Notes: generated from the sequence alone by a model not told the origin. 64,000 nt of DNA from a phage (GCA_019385495.1 GCA_019385495.1_4102.1); one strand, 5' to 3'; positions 1 to 10,682 are shown, counted from the stretch's first letter. Translations and numbers: made by a program.

Positions 1-64
1 TAATGGTTTTGCATTAATAATTAACGAATTTGATGGAATACCATACGAATATCATAATCAATTA

Positions 65-268
65 ATGAAGATAATAAAATGTATATGTGAAGAATTAAAA
101 AGTATATTTAAAAATGAATATGTTTATGATTTAGGTAATAGTAGCAAAAAACTATACATAAAGAAATTCTGGGGAACGCATTGCGGTTTGATGGTCGATT
201 TAGGTTTAAGTTTAGACGATAATTCTGAATCATGTTCATTATATATAGATGAAATGCGAATATCATGA
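65..268 (+). CDS. hypothetical protein (67 aa)
   Basis: ORF only; co-oriented with neighbours. Confidence 0.3.
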   Translation: MKIIKCICEELKSIFKNEYVYDLGNSSKKLYIKKFWGTHCGLMVDLGLSLDDNSESCSLYIDEMRIS

Positions 269-325
269 GACGTATCAGAATTCGGTGATATAATTTGATT
301 ACATCACCAATAGGGAGAAGTTGAA

Positions 326-652
326 GTGAATGGTTCGTTTTTAACAATATTAGAAAAGACAACCGAGATGCTTTCTAGCTCGTTAATGCAGATTTTCAGT
401 ACTAATAATTTATACAATACCCAGGTGTTAGATTCAATTAATAATAACTATGTGGTAAGTATATCTGATGAAATATGTCCATTTAACGCGTATTCAATTT
501 ATAGTGTAGAAGAGTTTCGTATATCCGAGATTCGATGTGGTTTTGGTGCTTGGTTAGTTCTAAATGAACGTTCAGGGTTGTCTTTATACATCGAAGAAGT
601 TAGTAAATTTATATACAAAGGAGTAGAATATGTTAACCCCAATTATTCTTAG
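326..652 (+). CDS. hypothetical protein
   Basis: GTG start preceded by RBS AGGGAGAAG (312-320). Confidence 0.45.
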   Translation: MNGSFLTILEKTTEMLSSSLMQIFSTNNLYNTQVLDSINNNYVVSISDEICPFNAYSIYSVEEFRISEIRCGFGAWLVLNERSGLSLYIEEVSKFIYKGVEYVNPNYS

Positions 653-1259
653 CAGTGCATATGTAATCGGTATTATTATTTCTGGTATGCTTGCATATAA
701 CTATAACCGAAGTGTTCTAGGTTATGTAGTACTTGGTACAGTACTAAGTCCAGTGATTGCCATTGGTCTTCTTGTTATGCTAGGTGAGAAAAATACAAGC
801 TTCTTTATTACTAAAGAACTTGATAAAATCACTCCAGCACCAGAAACAGTTATTCCAGAAGTTAAAGAAGAAGTTAAAGAAGTTGAAGTTCAAATGCAAG
901 TTAAAGTGTATAATACACTTGAAGAAACTGATCCTAAAGTTGTAGTGAATGTAGTTCCAGTCGTTGAAGATGTGAAACCAAAAGCTCCTAAAGTACAGAA
1001 AAATACTAAAACTGCAAAGAAAGCTCGTTACACTAAAGGTAAGAACAAAGGTAAATCTAAGGATGAACCACAACTAGGTGTTCATGACCATACTGCACAA
1101 ATTGCAACGGCAGCGACCGCAGCAGCAATCGTAACATCACCAATCTACAACAATGATGATTACAGTGATTATAGCCGTCACAGCAGTTCTTCCTCTGATT
1201 CTTGTTCCTATGATAGCTCTAGTTCTGATTCAAGTTCATCGTCTGGAAGTTGTGATTAA
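630..1259 (+). CDS. membrane-anchored protein with K/E-rich linker and Ser/Asp-rich C-terminal tail
   Basis: N-terminal hydrophobic segments; C-terminus SSSSSDSCSYDSSSSDSSSSSGSCD. Confidence 0.45.
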   Translation: MLTPIILSSAYVIGIIISGMLAYNYNRSVLGYVVLGTVLSPVIAIGLLVMLGEKNTSFFITKELDKITPAPETVIPEVKEEVKEVEVQMQVKVYNTLEETDPKVVVNVVPVVEDVKPKAPKVQKNTKTAKKARYTKGKNKGKSKDEPQLGVHDHTAQIATAATAAAIVTSPIYNNDDYSDYSRHSSSSSDSCSYDSSSSDSSSSSGSCD

Positions 1260-1588
1260 TGTCAATGAAACCACTAATTCAACATAATATTTTTTATAGG
1301 TCATTATTCAAAATTCAAGATGATTTTTATCAGACGTTGAGTAATGATCTTATAGGTAAAACTGTACGATATTCGGAACAATACATCAAACGTATGACAA
1401 GTCAGTATATTGACCCTGAATACGAATACGACATTGAACACATTAATCCCAATACTAGAATGAAAATCATTGAGATATTTAAGAATGGGAGAACTATAGG
1501 TGCTGAAATTGAGTACTTGAATTGTGATTGTTACATAGATACAGAGTTGAGTTTGGATTATCTTGTTTTAGTGGATGATGAGGAATAA
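1259..1588 (+). CDS. hypothetical protein
   Basis: ORF, start overlaps upstream stop. Confidence 0.4.
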   Translation: MSMKPLIQHNIFYRSLFKIQDDFYQTLSNDLIGKTVRYSEQYIKRMTSQYIDPEYEYDIEHINPNTRMKIIEIFKNGRTIGAEIEYLNCDCYIDTELSLDYLVLVDDEE

Positions 1589-1590
1589 TT

Positions 1591-1806
1591 ATGATAACAT
1601 TTTTTGCAATATATGGATTTGTAGCATTTGTTACATTTATAACCAACTTTCTAGTACTTAATTGGGGTTGTTTTAAAGATGAAATCATGATTATCATGAA
1701 TCTCCAAACAGCAGCACTGATGGCTATTATTTGGCCTGTAACATTAGTATATATTTTTATTTCACTTACCCAAGATATTATTAACAAATATAAGAGAAAG
1801 AAATAA
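1591..1806 (+). CDS. small membrane protein
   Basis: 71 aa, two hydrophobic helices. Confidence 0.4.
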   Translation: MITFFAIYGFVAFVTFITNFLVLNWGCFKDEIMIIMNLQTAALMAIIWPVTLVYIFISLTQDIINKYKRKK

Positions 1807-2057
1807 TGTTCAACACTGACTTATCACATCTGCGATATCTTATGTCTTTGGCTGATGATTTTATAAATGATCTGAAGCCAAAATATATTGGTCAAGAAGT
1901 ACGATTAATAAACTCCAGAGGGTATGGAAAGTATATTATTACTGATATGTATATTAGTGGTGGTGAATGGCGTTTTAAAATTAATACCTATCTTAAAGAT
2001 GGTTCTTTTGCTGGAACACAAGTTACTAAACACACTAATATTATATGGTTGGAGTAA
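1806..2057 (+). CDS. hypothetical protein
   Basis: ORF, stop-start coupled. Confidence 0.4.
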   Translation: MFNTDLSHLRYLMSLADDFINDLKPKYIGQEVRLINSRGYGKYIITDMYISGGEWRFKINTYLKDGSFAGTQVTKHTNIIWLE

Positions 2058-2059
2058 TA

Positions 2060-2803
2060 ATGAAACATTTCTTAGAAGTAACCGTACCTGATGATAAAGA
2101 TTTATACATTGTAGGTGATTTGCATGGTAATGGTAAACTATGGGATGCTACAGTGAAAGAATTTGGTATTACACACAATGATTATGTTTTCAGTGTAGGT
2201 GATATTATCGACCGTGGAGAACAAAATTCAAAGCTCCTTTTTGAATTTTTGTTCGGAGAAAATCGTTACATGATTGCGGGTAATCATGAGATGATGTGCG
2301 TTGATTCGGAAACACTTCGAGATTGGTATCATTGTTGGATAAGTAATGGTGGTGATAAATTCCTTGATGAAGTTGGAGGAACAGGCATTCAATTCTTTCG
2401 TCAGTACTTAAAGGATCTCCCTATGATTATCCAAATCAATCACCGAGGATTGAAGATTGGGTTAGTTCATGCTGGTGTTCCGTTGGAATATACAACATGG
2501 GAACGATTTGTTAATGGGACAAAATCACTTAGTGCTGATATAATTGATAAGTGCTTGTGGGATAGAAAAACATTCGATTATTGTAGAACTAATAATACAT
2601 ATTATGCACCTAAGTTAGATGGAGTGCATTGTGTCTTTAGTGGACATACAGCAGTTACAGATCCACTCATTTACGGTAATCGCATTTGGATTGATAGTCA
2701 GTTCTTGACGGGTGACTTAACTCTCGCTACTCCACAAAGTGGTGGAATGAGATACTTACGTAAAGAAAAAGATGAGTACTCATTCAATCGTTTCAAAAGG
2801 TAA
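2060..2803 (+). CDS. Ser/Thr protein phosphatase (PPP-family metallophosphoesterase)
   Basis: Motifs GDLHGNG, GDIIDRGEQN, GNHEMM; RBS GGAG at 2051; ORF-track start 2045 is probably too early. Confidence 0.8.
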   Translation: MKHFLEVTVPDDKDLYIVGDLHGNGKLWDATVKEFGITHNDYVFSVGDIIDRGEQNSKLLFEFLFGENRYMIAGNHEMMCVDSETLRDWYHCWISNGGDKFLDEVGGTGIQFFRQYLKDLPMIIQINHRGLKIGLVHAGVPLEYTTWERFVNGTKSLSADIIDKCLWDRKTFDYCRTNNTYYAPKLDGVHCVFSGHTAVTDPLIYGNRIWIDSQFLTGDLTLATPQSGGMRYLRKEKDEYSFNRFKR

Positions 2804-2808
2804 TAATT

Positions 2809-3078
2809 ATGCATGATGTAGTTAAAAAATATTTGAATGATAGATATATTATGAAAAAATCTATTAATTCTATCCTAAAAGACCATGCTAATCAAATACG
2901 TGAGATTCTATCAAATAAACTTATTGGTTGTTCAGTTGAGTTCAACTACAAAAAGAATGTCGTGAAGATTGGAGTTATTAAACGTGTAGTTGCTGTTTAT
3001 GACCAAAATGTATATGTTGAAATTGAATATGATGGTAAATTATCACAATTAAGTACTGAAGATTTAACATTTTTATAA
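2809..3078 (+). CDS. hypothetical protein
   Basis: ORF. Confidence 0.4.
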   Translation: MHDVVKKYLNDRYIMKKSINSILKDHANQIREILSNKLIGCSVEFNYKKNVVKIGVIKRVVAVYDQNVYVEIEYDGKLSQLSTEDLTFL

Positions 3079-3088
3079 GGAAATAGAA

Positions 3089-3316
3089 ATGAAAGTAATT
3101 CAAGTTATGGTAGAAAAATACCAAACTGAAGATGGTCGTATTTTTGATTCAGCTAAACAAGCTGAACACCATGAACGTATTATTTCGGGTGCACGTAAAG
3201 CGTGTCCTACATGTAGTGGAACACAACAAGTACCGTCAGAAGATTACCGCAGCTTTTATGCTTGTCCACACTGTGATGGGAAAGGCTATGTAGAAAAACA
3301 AGAGGTATGGAAATGA
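3089..3316 (+). CDS. small zinc-finger protein (DnaJ-type CxxCxG repeats)
   Basis: CPTCSGT and CPHCDGKG motifs. Confidence 0.45.
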   Translation: MKVIQVMVEKYQTEDGRIFDSAKQAEHHERIISGARKACPTCSGTQQVPSEDYRSFYACPHCDGKGYVEKQEVWK

Positions 3317-3726
3317 AATTGTATTGCTTAACTAATATGTACTGTCAAGGTGTCCAAGCTGGTATTCAAGCATTCCATGCTGGTGTTAAACTAATTAAAG
3401 AATATGAAGGTACTGCTTTCAGTACTATTATTGATGAATGGTACTATGAACACGAAACTATTGTAGTACTAAATGCTGGTGGACATGATAAATTAAATTA
3501 TTATTATAACAACCTTAGCAAACAGGGGGAAGTTCCGTTTGCCAAATTCAATGAAGCTGGGTTGAATGATGCTATTACCTGTGTAGCAGTACTGTGTACG
3601 TCTGAAATGATTGAAGACATGGCTGTTATGCGTATGAATCTTCCTGCTGGTGATCAACTAATGCAAGTAAAATATGGTGCATTGTTTGACACACTAAAAG
3701 CAATCAGTACAATGAGGACTATTTGA
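3307..3726 (+). CDS. hypothetical protein
   Basis: ORF. Confidence 0.4.
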   Translation: MEMKLYCLTNMYCQGVQAGIQAFHAGVKLIKEYEGTAFSTIIDEWYYEHETIVVLNAGGHDKLNYYYNNLSKQGEVPFAKFNEAGLNDAITCVAVLCTSEMIEDMAVMRMNLPAGDQLMQVKYGALFDTLKAISTMRTI

Positions 3727-4925
3727 TGGATTTTCCAGAGAAGTTATTTGTTGCACGTTCCTATGTAAACCACAACCAAGTTGATGGTTTTATTATCGAT
3801 GCAACAAAATCACATACAAAAGCGTTTGAAACAAAGAAAGAGAGAGCAGAGTACTGGGCAAAGAAGAACAATCTTCCATCGTTATATATTGACAACGTTC
3901 CAACTACTGGATTTTGTGTAGTTGATAAATTAACAATTCATGCACGAGAAACATATTTCACAATCCGTCACCCAGAAGGATTTGAATTTATGATTAGTGC
4001 CAAAAACATGAATGATTTAATTATCAATAACGATATAATCAAAGGTGTTTTTGTAGACCCAATGTTTTTCAACAATAACTTAGAATTAATTAATGGTAAA
4101 ACAAAAACATTTGCTAAGTTAGTTGAAAAAGAAAATAAAAAAGAACAACAAAAAGAAACTGTAGCAGGTCTTAAAGTTGGTGATGGTTTCACGTATCTCA
4201 AAGAAGATTACTATTACTGCGGTAAAGTACATGCAATTTGTATAAAGAAAACTAAAGAATTTGCATACCCCGACAAAAGTTCTGTTTATCATTTACTTTT
4301 TAACAGTACTCGTGGAACTTATGCATTGAATCAACGTTTGGATAATTACAATCTGGAACCTCGTGCACTCTTGAATAAGAAAACTACGGCAGATGAAGAA
4401 ATTAAACTTGCTAATGAATTTTGGCAAAGCTATAGAACAAACAGACATAATCCATTAGGTGAATCTAACATTCCAGTACTGGTACACAATAAATCATTTA
4501 AAGCAAAAGACCTAAAAATTAAATATGAAGAAATAAATGTTGATGATCTTATGAATAATGGACGTTTCAACGAGAACGTACCATTTATGACTAAAGATAA
4601 TGAACAATCTTATCGCGTATTTTTTGGTGTAAGTAATAATACAACACGTAGTTATTATGGACGTAGCGGGGATTATAATATTCATTATAATGATAAATTT
4701 GAACGCTTTAGTGCATACCCAGTTCAAATTGATGATAATGGAATTATGTCAATGGATGTTGATATTAATGAGCACACATCATTTAGTACATGGAACGGTT
4801 ATCGTTCACCATTCTTCCCACCAAATGAACGCAAAACATCAAGTTCTCGTTACTACCAAGATAAGCCGTGTCACGTTCAACTATCAATTAGTAATCCACT
4901 TTATATTGGAAAGTATTATCTATAA
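3723..4925 (+). CDS. hypothetical protein (400 aa)
   Basis: Long ORF, ATGA overlap with upstream gene. Confidence 0.45.
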   Translation: MMDFPEKLFVARSYVNHNQVDGFIIDATKSHTKAFETKKERAEYWAKKNNLPSLYIDNVPTTGFCVVDKLTIHARETYFTIRHPEGFEFMISAKNMNDLIINNDIIKGVFVDPMFFNNNLELINGKTKTFAKLVEKENKKEQQKETVAGLKVGDGFTYLKEDYYYCGKVHAICIKKTKEFAYPDKSSVYHLLFNSTRGTYALNQRLDNYNLEPRALLNKKTTADEEIKLANEFWQSYRTNRHNPLGESNIPVLVHNKSFKAKDLKIKYEEINVDDLMNNGRFNENVPFMTKDNEQSYRVFFGVSNNTTRSYYGRSGDYNIHYNDKFERFSAYPVQIDDNGIMSMDVDINEHTSFSTWNGYRSPFFPPNERKTSSSRYYQDKPCHVQLSISNPLYIGKYYL

Positions 4926-4936
4926 AGGAATATACA

Positions 4937-6355
4937 ATGAGCATTTTAGCAATTCTTGAAAGCATTAAAAATACTAGCAGTACTCTGGGCAAAAAGGCTA
5001 TTCTTGAACAAAATAAAGATAATGTAACTTTGCAAAAAGTTCTGAAATATACACTCGATCCTAGTATTGTAAGTGGGTATAAAAAGCTACCAGACGCTGA
5101 TAACGTGTATCAACATATGACATTGGATGAAGCTATTGATAAACTAGAATGCATCTATAAGCGTGCATTGACGGGACATACAGGGCGTGATTTCATTGCT
5201 TCAGTACTAGGTAGTGTGAGTCCAGATGATGCTGAAGTTCTTCGTAAGATGCTTACAAAGAACTTAGATTGTGGTATTCAAGAAAAGAACTGCAATGATG
5301 TATTTGGTAAAGGATTTATTAAAGATGAACCATATATGCGTTGTTCTTTGCTTGATAAAAAGACTGTTAAGAACATCAACTTCAAAGGTCATGGTTATGC
5401 TGTCTCCGAGGTCAAGATGGATGGTCAGTACTTAAACCATGTAGTCATTAATGGTGCTCTTACCTCTTCCTCCCGTAATGGTAAACTATATGACTTCTTA
5501 GGTTGTCGTGATGGTGAGATGGCAGGTCTTGCACATCAAATTCAAATGAATGATGAACGTTTTAGTAGTGGTGTCGTCTTTATGGGTGAAGGTCTAGTAC
5601 TTGATAATGACGGTGAAACTATTCTTCCACGAACAACTGGTAATGGTATCATTCAGAAGGCTGGTAAAGATAGTATTAGTCAGAATGAAGCAATGCGTAC
5701 TGTATTTGTACTATGGGATGTTGTTCCGTATGATGCATTCTGTGAAGGTACATGGAATGTAAAACGTAAAGAACGTCGCGAACTTCTTGAATCTGCCATC
5801 AATGTATTGGGTAGTGATTTTGTACGTATGGTGAAATACCGTAAGGTTCAAAACATTAAAGAAGCATTTGAGTACAATAACGAACTCATGGATCAGGGTG
5901 AAGAAGGATCAGTACTGAAATGTGAAGATGGTATCTGGAAATCACATACATCTCCTAAGCAGTTGAAAGTAAAACTAAAAATGCAATTGGATTTGCGTAT
6001 TGTTGGTTTCAACGAAGGTGAAGGTAAGCGTAAAGGTTCACTTGGTTCTTTACAACTTGAAAGTGCATGTGGCACACTGAAGGTAAATGTAGGAACAGGT
6101 ATCCGTGAAAAAGATGCAGAGTGGACATTCAAAACCATTTGGGAACGAATGCAAGAACTAATTGGTAAAGTCGTTACCGTTGAGTGCAATGAGATTGTAA
6201 TCGACAAGCGTACAGGTGAACCATCACTATTTTTACCAGTGTTTATTGAATTTAGATTTGACAAAAACACTTGTGACGATTATACTCGTATCTTAGAAAT
6301 TCGTGATAGTGCTGTTGAGGTGTTCTCTAACAGTATTATTGAAGCACTTAGCTAA
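4937..6355 (+). CDS. ATP-dependent DNA ligase (T4 gp30-like)
   Basis: N-terminus KKAILEQNKDN matches T4 ligase KQAILEKNKDN as recalled; KxDG motif (SEVKMDGQ); EGLVLD; C-terminal LFLPVFIEFRFDK resembles ligase motif VI. Confidence 0.85.
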   Translation: MSILAILESIKNTSSTLGKKAILEQNKDNVTLQKVLKYTLDPSIVSGYKKLPDADNVYQHMTLDEAIDKLECIYKRALTGHTGRDFIASVLGSVSPDDAEVLRKMLTKNLDCGIQEKNCNDVFGKGFIKDEPYMRCSLLDKKTVKNINFKGHGYAVSEVKMDGQYLNHVVINGALTSSSRNGKLYDFLGCRDGEMAGLAHQIQMNDERFSSGVVFMGEGLVLDNDGETILPRTTGNGIIQKAGKDSISQNEAMRTVFVLWDVVPYDAFCEGTWNVKRKERRELLESAINVLGSDFVRMVKYRKVQNIKEAFEYNNELMDQGEEGSVLKCEDGIWKSHTSPKQLKVKLKMQLDLRIVGFNEGEGKRKGSLGSLQLESACGTLKVNVGTGIREKDAEWTFKTIWERMQELIGKVVTVECNEIVIDKRTGEPSLFLPVFIEFRFDKNTCDDYTRILEIRDSAVEVFSNSIIEALS

Positions 6356-6374
6356 TCATTTATTGGAGGTAATT

Positions 6375-7166
6375 ATGAAATTTGTTGTAACATCTGACGT
6401 ACACGGTGGAACTGATTACCTCCATCGCGGTGATTACAGTGATGTAGTACTGATCATTGCTGGGGACTTCGATGAAGTTAAACGCAGTCGTTACCGTACT
6501 GGTATCGAATCACTGTGTAAGCAGTTCAAAAATGTAGTACTGGTTCCAGGTAATCACGAATATTATGGTTCAAATATCATCAAAACGCATAAAGTACTAT
6601 CCAATATGCAGGATGAGATTCCTAATTTTATCTTTTTGCAAAACAAATTTGTATGGCTGGATGGAGTACTGCTTGTTGGTAGTACTCTGTGGACAGACTT
6701 CGATAAAGGTAATTCTTTGACGAAGTTTGATGCTCGTCAGAAGATGAACGATTACAAACATATCCGTCATGGAACAACATCAGAGCCTTGGCGTAAGAAA
6801 CTGACACCTGATGATACTGAGTTTATGCATCACAAAGATAAACAATTTATCAAAAATTCTATTGACACAGTTCGCTTTATGCATGATAATGATTTCAAGG
6901 TCATCGTGATTACTCATCACGCACCAAGTTATCAAAGTGTTTCACCAAAATATAAAAATGATTCACTAAATGGTTGTTACTGTTCCGATATGGATCAGTA
7001 CATTGAAGATTTGGGTGCTGATGTTTGGATTCATGGTCATGTTCATAGTAGCTTTGACTACCACATTGGTAAGACACGTATCATTTGTAATCCACGAGGC
7101 TATGAATCGTATAGTGGATCTTGTGAGAATTTTGATTACAATCCTAAATTTGTATTTGAAATTTAA
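6375..7166 (+). CDS. calcineurin-like metallophosphoesterase
   Basis: DVHGG, GDFD, GNHEYY, HHAP, GHVH motifs; RBS GGAGG at 6365; ORF-track start 6303 probably too early. Confidence 0.75.
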   Translation: MKFVVTSDVHGGTDYLHRGDYSDVVLIIAGDFDEVKRSRYRTGIESLCKQFKNVVLVPGNHEYYGSNIIKTHKVLSNMQDEIPNFIFLQNKFVWLDGVLLVGSTLWTDFDKGNSLTKFDARQKMNDYKHIRHGTTSEPWRKKLTPDDTEFMHHKDKQFIKNSIDTVRFMHDNDFKVIVITHHAPSYQSVSPKYKNDSLNGCYCSDMDQYIEDLGADVWIHGHVHSSFDYHIGKTRIICNPRGYESYSGSCENFDYNPKFVFEI

Positions 7167-7178
7167 TGTGAGGATACA

Positions 7179-7562
7179 GTGTCATTGATTTATTTTGAAC
7201 TACCAGAATATACCAATTATCCAAGCCGAGTTATTTGCTCAGTTTATAGTAATGCATATCATCACTTGTTAGTGAATAGTAATAAAGCTGTGCATTATTA
7301 TCGAAATAAAGAACCACGTACATTAAAGAATCGTTATGGTTTTGACCCAACTAACACTGAAGTTGAACTCTGTGATCTGTTTGGGGAAGTAATGGTGGTG
7401 TTGAAACGAGATATTCATCTTTTCCATACATACAAACTTAATCAGTACTTTATGGAAACACTGTCTATACGTTCCCATGCTCCGATGATTAAAGTTGATT
7501 TGAATTATGTTGATGATAAATTGAAATATGATTTCATAAATTCACTTGTTTATTTGGAGTAA
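7179..7562 (+). CDS. hypothetical protein
   Basis: ORF, GTG start. Confidence 0.4.
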   Translation: MSLIYFELPEYTNYPSRVICSVYSNAYHHLLVNSNKAVHYYRNKEPRTLKNRYGFDPTNTEVELCDLFGEVMVVLKRDIHLFHTYKLNQYFMETLSIRSHAPMIKVDLNYVDDKLKYDFINSLVYLE

Positions 7563-7563
7563 T

Positions 7564-7968
7564 ATGAATATACGTTCAGTACGAATATTTTCATTTGTTG
7601 ATATGAATGAAAAACACTCTTATGTGTTTGAAACTGTCAATAAGTTAAATCCTCATACGGCAAAAATGATTGAAACCATGAAGAACTTGAGTTTGCATAT
7701 AGAAGTTTACTATCTTCATGACGATTCTGTTTTTGTATATGATGATGGATGGTATGACGGTGTGTTTTATGATGACATTAGCACTACTGCTGATTACTAC
7801 TTTCTAGTGAGTAACCCACTATTCAGTACTAAAACTTTGTTTGACATTACCGATACAAGCGTGTATGATACAAGTCATGTTGAGTTACTTAAGTTTGATC
7901 CAGTATTATTCAACAAAGAAACGGCGTATTGGATGACTGATTTCTTTTCAAATATTCCAGTAAAATAG
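7564..7968 (+). CDS. hypothetical protein
   Basis: ATG after RBS GGAG; ORF-track 7546 start is non-ATG. Confidence 0.4.
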   Translation: MNIRSVRIFSFVDMNEKHSYVFETVNKLNPHTAKMIETMKNLSLHIEVYYLHDDSVFVYDDGWYDGVFYDDISTTADYYFLVSNPLFSTKTLFDITDTSVYDTSHVELLKFDPVLFNKETAYWMTDFFSNIPVK

Positions 7969-7970
7969 TT

Positions 7971-7998
7971 TGGACATTTTAAATCTTAGTGATATAAT
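7971..7998 (+). promoter_or_regulatory. promoter: TGGACAT box plus extended -10 TGATATAAT
   Basis: TGGACAT 7971-7977, TGaTATAAT 7990-7998, about 35 nt upstream of ATG 8033. Confidence 0.45.
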
Positions 7999-8032
7999 AC
8001 TCACAACAACGAAATAATAGAGGAAATTAACA

Positions 8033-8728
8033 ATGGTTGAACAATTCATGTTTGGTGGTTATGCTAATGGCGAAGTACGTAACATTTCTATTCCTTACGT
8101 AGTTGAGAAAGTTAATGGTTCAGAACGTACATATGATCTAGCATCTCGTATGATGCAAGACCGTATCATTTTCCTTGATACTGATTTCAATGATCAAATG
8201 GCACATATCATCAAACAACAATTGGTATGGTTAGACTCACAAGGTGATTCCCCTATTACATTCTACATTAGTTCACCGGGTGGTTCAGTACACGCAGGTT
8301 TGGGTATTGCAGATGTTGCTAAGTCTTGTATTTCTCCAATTCGCACTGTAGTAATGGGCTATGCAGCATCAATGGGTTGCTATACACAATCTGTAATTGG
8401 TACTAAAGGTTTCCGTTTAGGTGGTAAGCGTTCTTATTTCATGTGTCACCAAGTAAGTTCTGGTACACAAGGTCTAATTACTGACCAGAAGATTTCACTT
8501 AAACATTCTGATGCCCTAAACACTCTATTGACTAAAGAAATTGCAGAAGCAGTTGGTGTATCACACGAACAACTACTGAAAGATGCGGATCGTGACCTGT
8601 GGTTGAACGCTGAAGAAGCACTCGAATACGGTGAACATGGTTTCATTGATGGTATCATCCTCGGACCACGCAACGAAGAAGGTAAGTATCTCGTCAAACG
8701 TCGCGGTGGCGTTGAAGAGTGGGTCTAA
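8033..8728 (+). CDS. ClpP-like serine protease
   Basis: ISSPGGSVHAGLGI and MGYAASMG motifs typical of ClpP; RBS AGAGGAAA. Confidence 0.8.
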   Translation: MVEQFMFGGYANGEVRNISIPYVVEKVNGSERTYDLASRMMQDRIIFLDTDFNDQMAHIIKQQLVWLDSQGDSPITFYISSPGGSVHAGLGIADVAKSCISPIRTVVMGYAASMGCYTQSVIGTKGFRLGGKRSYFMCHQVSSGTQGLITDQKISLKHSDALNTLLTKEIAEAVGVSHEQLLKDADRDLWLNAEEALEYGEHGFIDGIILGPRNEEGKYLVKRRGGVEEWV

Positions 8729-8779
8729 TTTGAATTTCATTTGATGCCTCATTTGGGGCATCTTATTTCTGGAGATTTT

Positions 8780-9070
8780 ATGAAAGTTCTTGTACGTAAT
8801 AATACTGAAGTCAATGATGTGTTAGATGATTCAGAGTTTATTAATACCGCATTAGATCAGATTAGTGCAGTGGCTATTGAATTGAAAGGTGTTGACGAGG
8901 CAGAACGAGTACTCAATGGTTTTTCTATTGTTCTCGAATTAATGCAAGAAGTTCTTATTAAAAAGAACATTAATCCAATTAACGCAGTTCAACACGCAGA
9001 AGCTATGCGTCAAGAACATGGCACATTCTCAGATAAAAAATTCATCAGTACTGACGAGGGGAAAGAATAA
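8780..9070 (+). CDS. hypothetical acidic protein
   Basis: ATG after GGAG; ORF-track start 8741. Confidence 0.4.
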   Translation: MKVLVRNNTEVNDVLDDSEFINTALDQISAVAIELKGVDEAERVLNGFSIVLELMQEVLIKKNINPINAVQHAEAMRQEHGTFSDKKFISTDEGKE

Positions 9071-9071
9071 T

Positions 9072-9518
9072 ATGTCTAATGCACAATACAAAGAAGGTTC
9101 TGCCGCGTTTAAAAACAAAGTAGTTTTTAACAATGAACAGCTAAAATCACAGCACCCATTATTCCGTCAAGGATATCGTGCTGCACAAGCTGAAGCTATG
9201 AAGAAAAATAACGTAACCTTCCCAACAACTCTGTATGATATTCCCAAACGTCCTTCAGTGTTTAAAGCAGAATGGACTGACATTATGGCAGCAACTAAAC
9301 GTCCTCGTTTTGCTAAACTTCACACTGATGAAGGTCGCTGGATGTTGATGGGTATTATGAAAGCAGTTGAGAATCAGGCACATACTATTGTTCGTTACAA
9401 AGACGTTGTAGCTATGGTTGATAAAGCATTTGATCTTATTCTCCAGTACGGTTATGATGAAGGTGTACTAACTGTTTCCGATTGTGAGCAGTACCAGTAC
9501 ACTCCATTCCAGAAATAA
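9072..9518 (+). CDS. hypothetical protein
   Basis: ATG 9072 after RBS; ORF-track start 9018. Confidence 0.45.
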   Translation: MSNAQYKEGSAAFKNKVVFNNEQLKSQHPLFRQGYRAAQAEAMKKNNVTFPTTLYDIPKRPSVFKAEWTDIMAATKRPRFAKLHTDEGRWMLMGIMKAVENQAHTIVRYKDVVAMVDKAFDLILQYGYDEGVLTVSDCEQYQYTPFQK

Positions 9519-9525
9519 TTACTTA

Positions 9526-9552
9526 GGGAATCTTTCATGATTCCCATTTTAT
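9526..9552 (+). terminator. intrinsic terminator
   Basis: GGGAATC-tttcat-GATTCCC followed by ATTTTATTT. Confidence 0.6.
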
Positions 9553-9631
9553 TTGCTGCATATCAAAAATTATTGATCAAAAATTGATCCATACAAGGTA
9601 AATACCCAAGGTGTAATTGTTAATAGGGTAG

Positions 9632-10186
9632 GTGGATATGCAGCAATATAATTTAACTGAAGAACAAAGTGATATTTTTTATCATCATATGTTTTTAATT
9701 GATGAGTTTGCTTTGAAAATTAATTCTGAAGCAATTGATATATTGAAGAAATGGTATTCATATTATAATAAAAACAAAAAGTGGTATTGGTTTAATAGAA
9801 ATTTAAAGTCATTTTTAAAAACAATAACACAAGTTGATAGTGTAGAAATGATACATAGTTCAATTGGATATAGTTATTTGACTAAACACAATAATACTAT
9901 GATGTTATCCGGTTTTAAAGTTGAAAGAATTTCAAAGCTTACAGGTTTATCATTAAAAACAATTTTATATGATATAGAAAAGATTTGGAAAACTATAGAA
10001 TTCATGCACAAAAATATGTCATTCATATATAGAAATTATGATATATTCACTGAGGTACGTCAATATCATAATAAACCTTATGTATTGAATGAAAAGTACT
10101 ATAATCATATGGAAGTTTGTTCTAAACTCGTTGATGATTGGAATCTAGAGGGACATAATGAAATACACACACCTAAGTATAGATGA
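9632..10186 (+). CDS. hypothetical protein (very AT-rich, N/K/Y/I-rich)
   Basis: ORF; composition differs from neighbours. Confidence 0.4.
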   Translation: MDMQQYNLTEEQSDIFYHHMFLIDEFALKINSEAIDILKKWYSYYNKNKKWYWFNRNLKSFLKTITQVDSVEMIHSSIGYSYLTKHNNTMMLSGFKVERISKLTGLSLKTILYDIEKIWKTIEFMHKNMSFIYRNYDIFTEVRQYHNKPYVLNEKYYNHMEVCSKLVDDWNLEGHNEIHTPKYR

Positions 10187-10682
10187 TACTAATATCTGGT
10201 TAGATAACATAATCAAGACATTAGAATTAATTAAACTTACATTACAAAAAACTACTGATATTGAAATTAATATTAAACAAGAAATATTAAACTATTATCA
10301 TAGAAACAAATATAGCACGTTTATCTCTAAATTAATTTATGGATTATATGATATTGAAGATATTTGCATCGGTTACAGTACTGGTATTTGCTTCACTGTT
10401 AATGGTTTAAAAAATGATTTAAATTTCAGACTTTCCGATGAAGAGCAAGATTTTCGTAGATTTTGTGATAATATTATGGATACAGACAAAATTACATTTG
10501 TGATTGAATTAAATCAAACATGGTCTACATATGCAGATAAACCATTTGAAATTAATGAAACAGATGTGTTAAACTATATTCGAGTTATGAAAATTCATGA
10601 TTTGTGTAAAAACGCATTGTTAAGTATTGGAGCTTATAATGAAACATACGACTTGGTTGAAGATAGCAGAAGTAGTTGCTGA
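10158..10682 (+). CDS. hypothetical protein (very AT-rich)
   Basis: ORF. Confidence 0.4.
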   Translation: MKYTHLSIDDTNIWLDNIIKTLELIKLTLQKTTDIEINIKQEILNYYHRNKYSTFISKLIYGLYDIEDICIGYSTGICFTVNGLKNDLNFRLSDEEQDFRRFCDNIMDTDKITFVIELNQTWSTYADKPFEINETDVLNYIRVMKIHDLCKNALLSIGAYNETYDLVEDSRSSC

